Of a DNA stretch of 64,000 nt, positions 60,004 through 64,000 are shown in pieces. Where the stretch lies: positions 286,378,001 through 286,442,000 of the forward strand of contig OZ024740.1 of assembly GCA_964016885.1 (NCBI GenBank). Direction: 5' to 3'. The notes beneath the pieces were generated by a model. It was not told where the DNA came from, searched no databases, and was given only the letters and a program-made list of their open reading frames with translations. A program made the position numbers and the translations under genes. Every line of letters starts with the position of its first letter. Position 1 is the stretch's first letter. This DNA is from Eledone cirrhosa (taxonomy: Eukaryota).

Positions 60004-60960
60004 TCATTCTAGTCCTCTGATTAGTTGCGCTATTACTTTTTCTGTGACCTTCATGACCTGGTCGATTAATTTAATGCCTCTATAGTTACTCCTATCTAGG
60101 GCATCTCCTTTACCCTTGTAGCAGTTAATGATGATGCTGCTACGCCAGTCCTTCGGAACAACCCCATTCTGTATAACTTGGTTTACTATCCGGGTGACCA
60201 TGGTGTGTCCCACCGTTCCAGAAGCTTTCAGCAACTATTTCCGAAGGCCCAGCAGCCTTACCCGTCTTCATATCTTTGATTGCCTTACTTATTATACTAC
60301 CTTCAACTTACAATGCTGGTCCCTCTATTGGATCGAGGTGGGGGAGACTGTCTTTCTCCCATTTACTCTCCTCATTTAGTAGCCTTTCGTAGTGACACTT
60401 CCAAGCTACCTTCTTATCAGCGTCAGTGATGGCAAGTACACCATCATCATTAAGGACACACTTCTCCCCGACAATATCACGGTTTTCCTTGACACATTGC
60501 CTAGCAATCCTGAACACCTCACGTTTTTGGTCCTCGCGTTGTAGAACATGCTTGAACTTTCTTTCCTCTGCTTCCCTTCTTGCGAAGTACACTTGTCTCC
60601 TAGCTTCCCGCCTGGCCACTTGATAGTCTTCTCTACTTCCCTCATCCAAGCCTGCTTTTTGGCCTTAATTGACTCCTCCACCTTACTGTTCCACCACCAT
60701 GTTACTCTCCTCCTGCCTATAGGCCTGCTCCAGCCACAGACTTCGTCTGCCACCATCAGCAGGTTTGCTTTCAGGAATTCCCACTGTTCCTCTATATTGT
60801 ACGACTCTAAATGCTCTTCCTTACTGTCGAAAGCATCAAGTAATATGCTTTGAAATTTATTTCTGGCTGTGGGGTCCTTTAGCTTCCATATTTTTCTCCT
60901 GAGGATAGTCCTCTTCTGCTGTCGAGTACGTCTCATCCTGACTATGAGGTCGCTAATTAT
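60004..60960 (-). mobile_element. Internal RTE LINE fragment (linker and RT N-terminus)
   Basis: TWWWN; YKGKGDALDRSNYRGIKL. Confidence 0.88.
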
Positions 60961-62275
60961 CAGTCTATCTCGAAGGTAATTGACAGATTATAATAGTCTT
61001 TAAAGAAATTTCTAATTTGCTTCTTAGTTCTCTCTATGGATGAAAGACTGTGATTTTTACCCGTCAGAAGACAGTCATCTCGATACAAACTACCTTCTAG
61101 GTGAGGAAAAGAGGATTTTTTAGATAGGAGGAAGAGACTCACAAGGTCTCTGTAACTTGAGCTGAATCCTTCAAATCCATTGTGATGTCATAGAAACCAC
61201 CATAAGAATTTCTCATCCAGTAGTCACCTTGAAATTATATTAGGGTTTTTCTGGCCTGAATGATGTCAATTTCACTCAAAACTAATATCCGATCTAGTTC
61301 TTGAGAATATTAAGGCCTTATTGAGAAAAATAGGGGATACTGATGAGTAGTAACTGTCGATATCGAATTGGAGGAATGATGATTTTTTTTTCTTTCAGGT
61401 TGATAAACCAAGTGATTACTTCAGATGTATTTTCCCAGAGAGGAAGTTCATCGTGCTTCCCCACCTGAGGAATAATCCTATCCAAAATCTTTTTACTGAT
61501 TCGGCCTATATCAGATTTTGGATTTTGATGGATTCTGATTGAAGTTAGGTTTGTGGTCTTTCAAATTGCATTTCGGACTTTTAGGTAAAGGGTTTAGTTC
61601 TATCTTCAATGTGGATGTTATTGACTATTGTGTATGTTTTGTTATTGATATTTGTGAGTGCGTTGCTACTAGTATTCTTATAGTCCTTTCTTAGTTCCTT
61701 TCTAATGAAATCATTATCTTTATCAATATCCATGCAGTATAAGTTCCCAGTTTTGTCCAAGTGTACATGAATTTTATTGGAGTTTTTAAATTTATCTAAA
61801 GTAGAGTTTAATTCTTTTTCAGATTTATGTTTCCTAAATTTGATCTGCTTAATCATGTTTAGTAGGTCTTTCTCGAGGTTATCCAGGAGTGGGTTATGTG
61901 GAAGATTTCTATAAGTCCTGAGGTCAAAATTATTTTTCTTATTTTTCAAAGCTGCTTAACGATAACCAAAAGGAGTGGCACATACATGTTTCATATCATC
62001 CTCGAGTGTCTTGCAACCAAACCAGACTTGCTGGAGAAAGTAATCACCAGTGATAAGTCACGAACCTTCAAGTACACATGGTAACCAAGCACTAGAGCTA
62101 TCAAGAGGGCTATGATGACAGAGCTGCAGAGAATCCTTCCAGGAATGTATTGAGGTGTAACGGAGAAGGATTGGAAAGTGCTTTAGACTGAAGGGGAAAA
62201 CTTGTAGTCTGTACATTGGATTAGAAATATTTTTTTGGCAACCCCAGTTTTTTTCTGACACAGCTCGTAAGCTCA
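60961..62275 (-). mobile_element. Degenerate Penelope-like RT fragment
   Basis: LEKDLLNMIKQIKFR, DKTGNLY and LYRDD motifs; abuts (TA)n at ~62275. Confidence 0.75.
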
Positions 62276-62380
62276 TATATATATATATATATATCTATAT
62301 ATATATATATATATATATACATAAGTAGTGGATAAATGTATTCTTTTCAGGATGAATGATAAAAAGAATAATGCCAGAAT

Positions 62381-63055
62381 TGTGATGTGGACAATGTTTA
62401 TTTTTGCAATAGCAATATTCACTTGTTGGTACATCGAACATCAAATAATAAAATCGTGACAGAAATTATCACTACGTTAAGTTGCTGACTAGCTTCTTCG
62501 AGCTAGCGTAAATGCACGTATCACAGAAAATGATATAGTAAAAGTTGTGTTGTATCTTACAGTAGTACAATATGACAGGGAGATGGAAGAATAGCTAAAG
62601 CGTAGCAGTAAACAAATAAAACTTACTATGTGTGTGTGTGTGTGTCTATTCTTAGTATACATTATTCTCGAAGTAGTGGTCAAATTGTCGGGCTTATATG
62701 AAATGTGAGAGCATAGTAAACAGGCTGGTTTTCGTGAAGAGAAATTTCAGTGTTAGCAGAACTTTCTTCTCTTGTCTGTGTTATCACTATGTCTGCTCCC
62801 TCTCTCGAAGCCATTGTATTTATAATAACGCTATAGCTAGAAGGATGTGTATATGGATTGATTTACCAGTTTTTTCTTTGTGTTTCTTCTATCTACAAGC
62901 TGGGGTCACAGGTCAAGTGTTATGTATGTTTATTATACTTGTTTCTTGACAGGACAATCGTGGGAAACTCCCAACAATAGGTGGTCCCAGAGGCGAGAAC
63001 TCTTAGATTCGGTTTCAAATCTCCGCCAGGTAAAACATAGGTGAATTCTGTTACA
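62381..63055 (-). mobile_element. 3' LTR of a Gypsy element (left boundary approximate)
   Basis: Minus strand: PPT agaagggggggggta, then TGTAAC at 63055; AATAAA near the far end and ...CA at 62381. Confidence 0.6.
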
Positions 63056-64000
63056 GTACCCCCCCCCTTCTAGTGAGAAAGCTAAAGATAGATATGGCTT
63101 TATGTGCATTGTTGAAGAAAATGCAGAAAAAAGTACATGAAGTCATTTAAAAACAGGCGAAATGACATAAAATATGCAAAGCAAAACAAATTTACAGGCA
63201 GGAAAATGTACTGGAATGCTACATAAAATTAAAAATGTACATACAAAAAGTTTGTTAATCAAAAGTTCATTTATTTCATAGAAATGAAAAAAATGTTCTT
63301 TTGTTTGTTCATGTGTATGATGCACAGATTCAATTAATATGTGCAGCGTTCATAACCACAAAAATTGATCGATTCGTTGAAGTGTACAAATTAGCCGAAA
63401 TGTCGGCCGGATGGAGAATTTGTACCCGAAAAACTTGAACATATTGAACTGTTCTTCCTGATTTGGCGTGTCGGGGTTGTGCAGAATTCATAGTGTTTGT
63501 GTCGGGTAAAGTTGTTGGTGAGTCTGTTGGAGAAACGGTGGGAACTGGTGGCATATCCTGTTCCATGAATATTCTTTTTAATCGGTCGATGGAGACAGTA
63601 TTTCGTTTGTTCATTATTTTATAGGGCCTGGAATACAGTGGATGAAGTTGAGACCGGATACCGTCATTTCGGACGAAAACATGTGTCCAAGAATTGATGT
63701 CCTTGGGTATATGTGAAGTGACGTGCTGTTGTCTAGGGGCTGAAGTGGACAAATGCGACATAGATGACCGTAAACAATGTACATATTTTGCCGTGTCTGG
63801 AAGTTCCTATGGCGAAACAGGGGCGATCATTTGCCCAGGTAAAGTAAGTGCCGTGCCATAAATCAGTTCAGTCGGAATATGTCCGATTCCCTCTTTAACA
63901 GTTGAACGAATACCAAGAAGAATGAGTAGGAGGTATTCGAACCAGTTAGCGGAATCTGTGTAAGCCTTGATGGCTGCTTTTAGCTGACAGTGAAAGCATT
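63056..64000 (-). mobile_element. Gypsy LTR retrotransposon integrase C-terminus (degenerate), continues beyond the window
   Basis: FHCQLKAAI...LLGIRS...ELIYGTALTLPG and THVFVRND...LYSRPYKI...TVSIDRLK (GPY/F module). Confidence 0.85.

Overview
AT-rich, repeat-dense animal genomic DNA, inferred to be an octopod cephalopod from its tRNA-derived SINEs, RTE LINEs and microsatellite load. The window holds the 3' two-thirds of one + strand Na+/Ca2+ exchanger gene (SLC8/NCX family). Nine phase-consistent GT-AG exons (11505-58258) encode the post-XIP loop, CBD1, CBD2, the alpha-2 repeat and the C-terminal TMs; the 5' exons appear to lie upstream of the window. The best novel signal is a candidate array of frame-preserving 15-30 nt microexons (1459, 7976, 17927, 29852, 38107) in the loop N-terminal to CBD1, whereas known NCX splicing occurs in CBD2. 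The introns also contain: (1) two Penelope-like elements with inverted arms just downstream of two of these microexons, one a ~930-bp near-perfect palindrome with a hammerhead ribozyme and a spacer copied from nearby host DNA; (2) a Chapaev3-type DNA transposon with a 56-bp perfect palindrome replacing one end; (3) a 55-bp exact copy of the gene's own alpha-2 exon sequence; (4) a 27x27-bp minisatellite, a 2-kb TA array and many SINE/LINE/MITE fragments. The window ends in a Gypsy LTR element. Everything was read by eye with no database search, and repeat boundaries are approximate.
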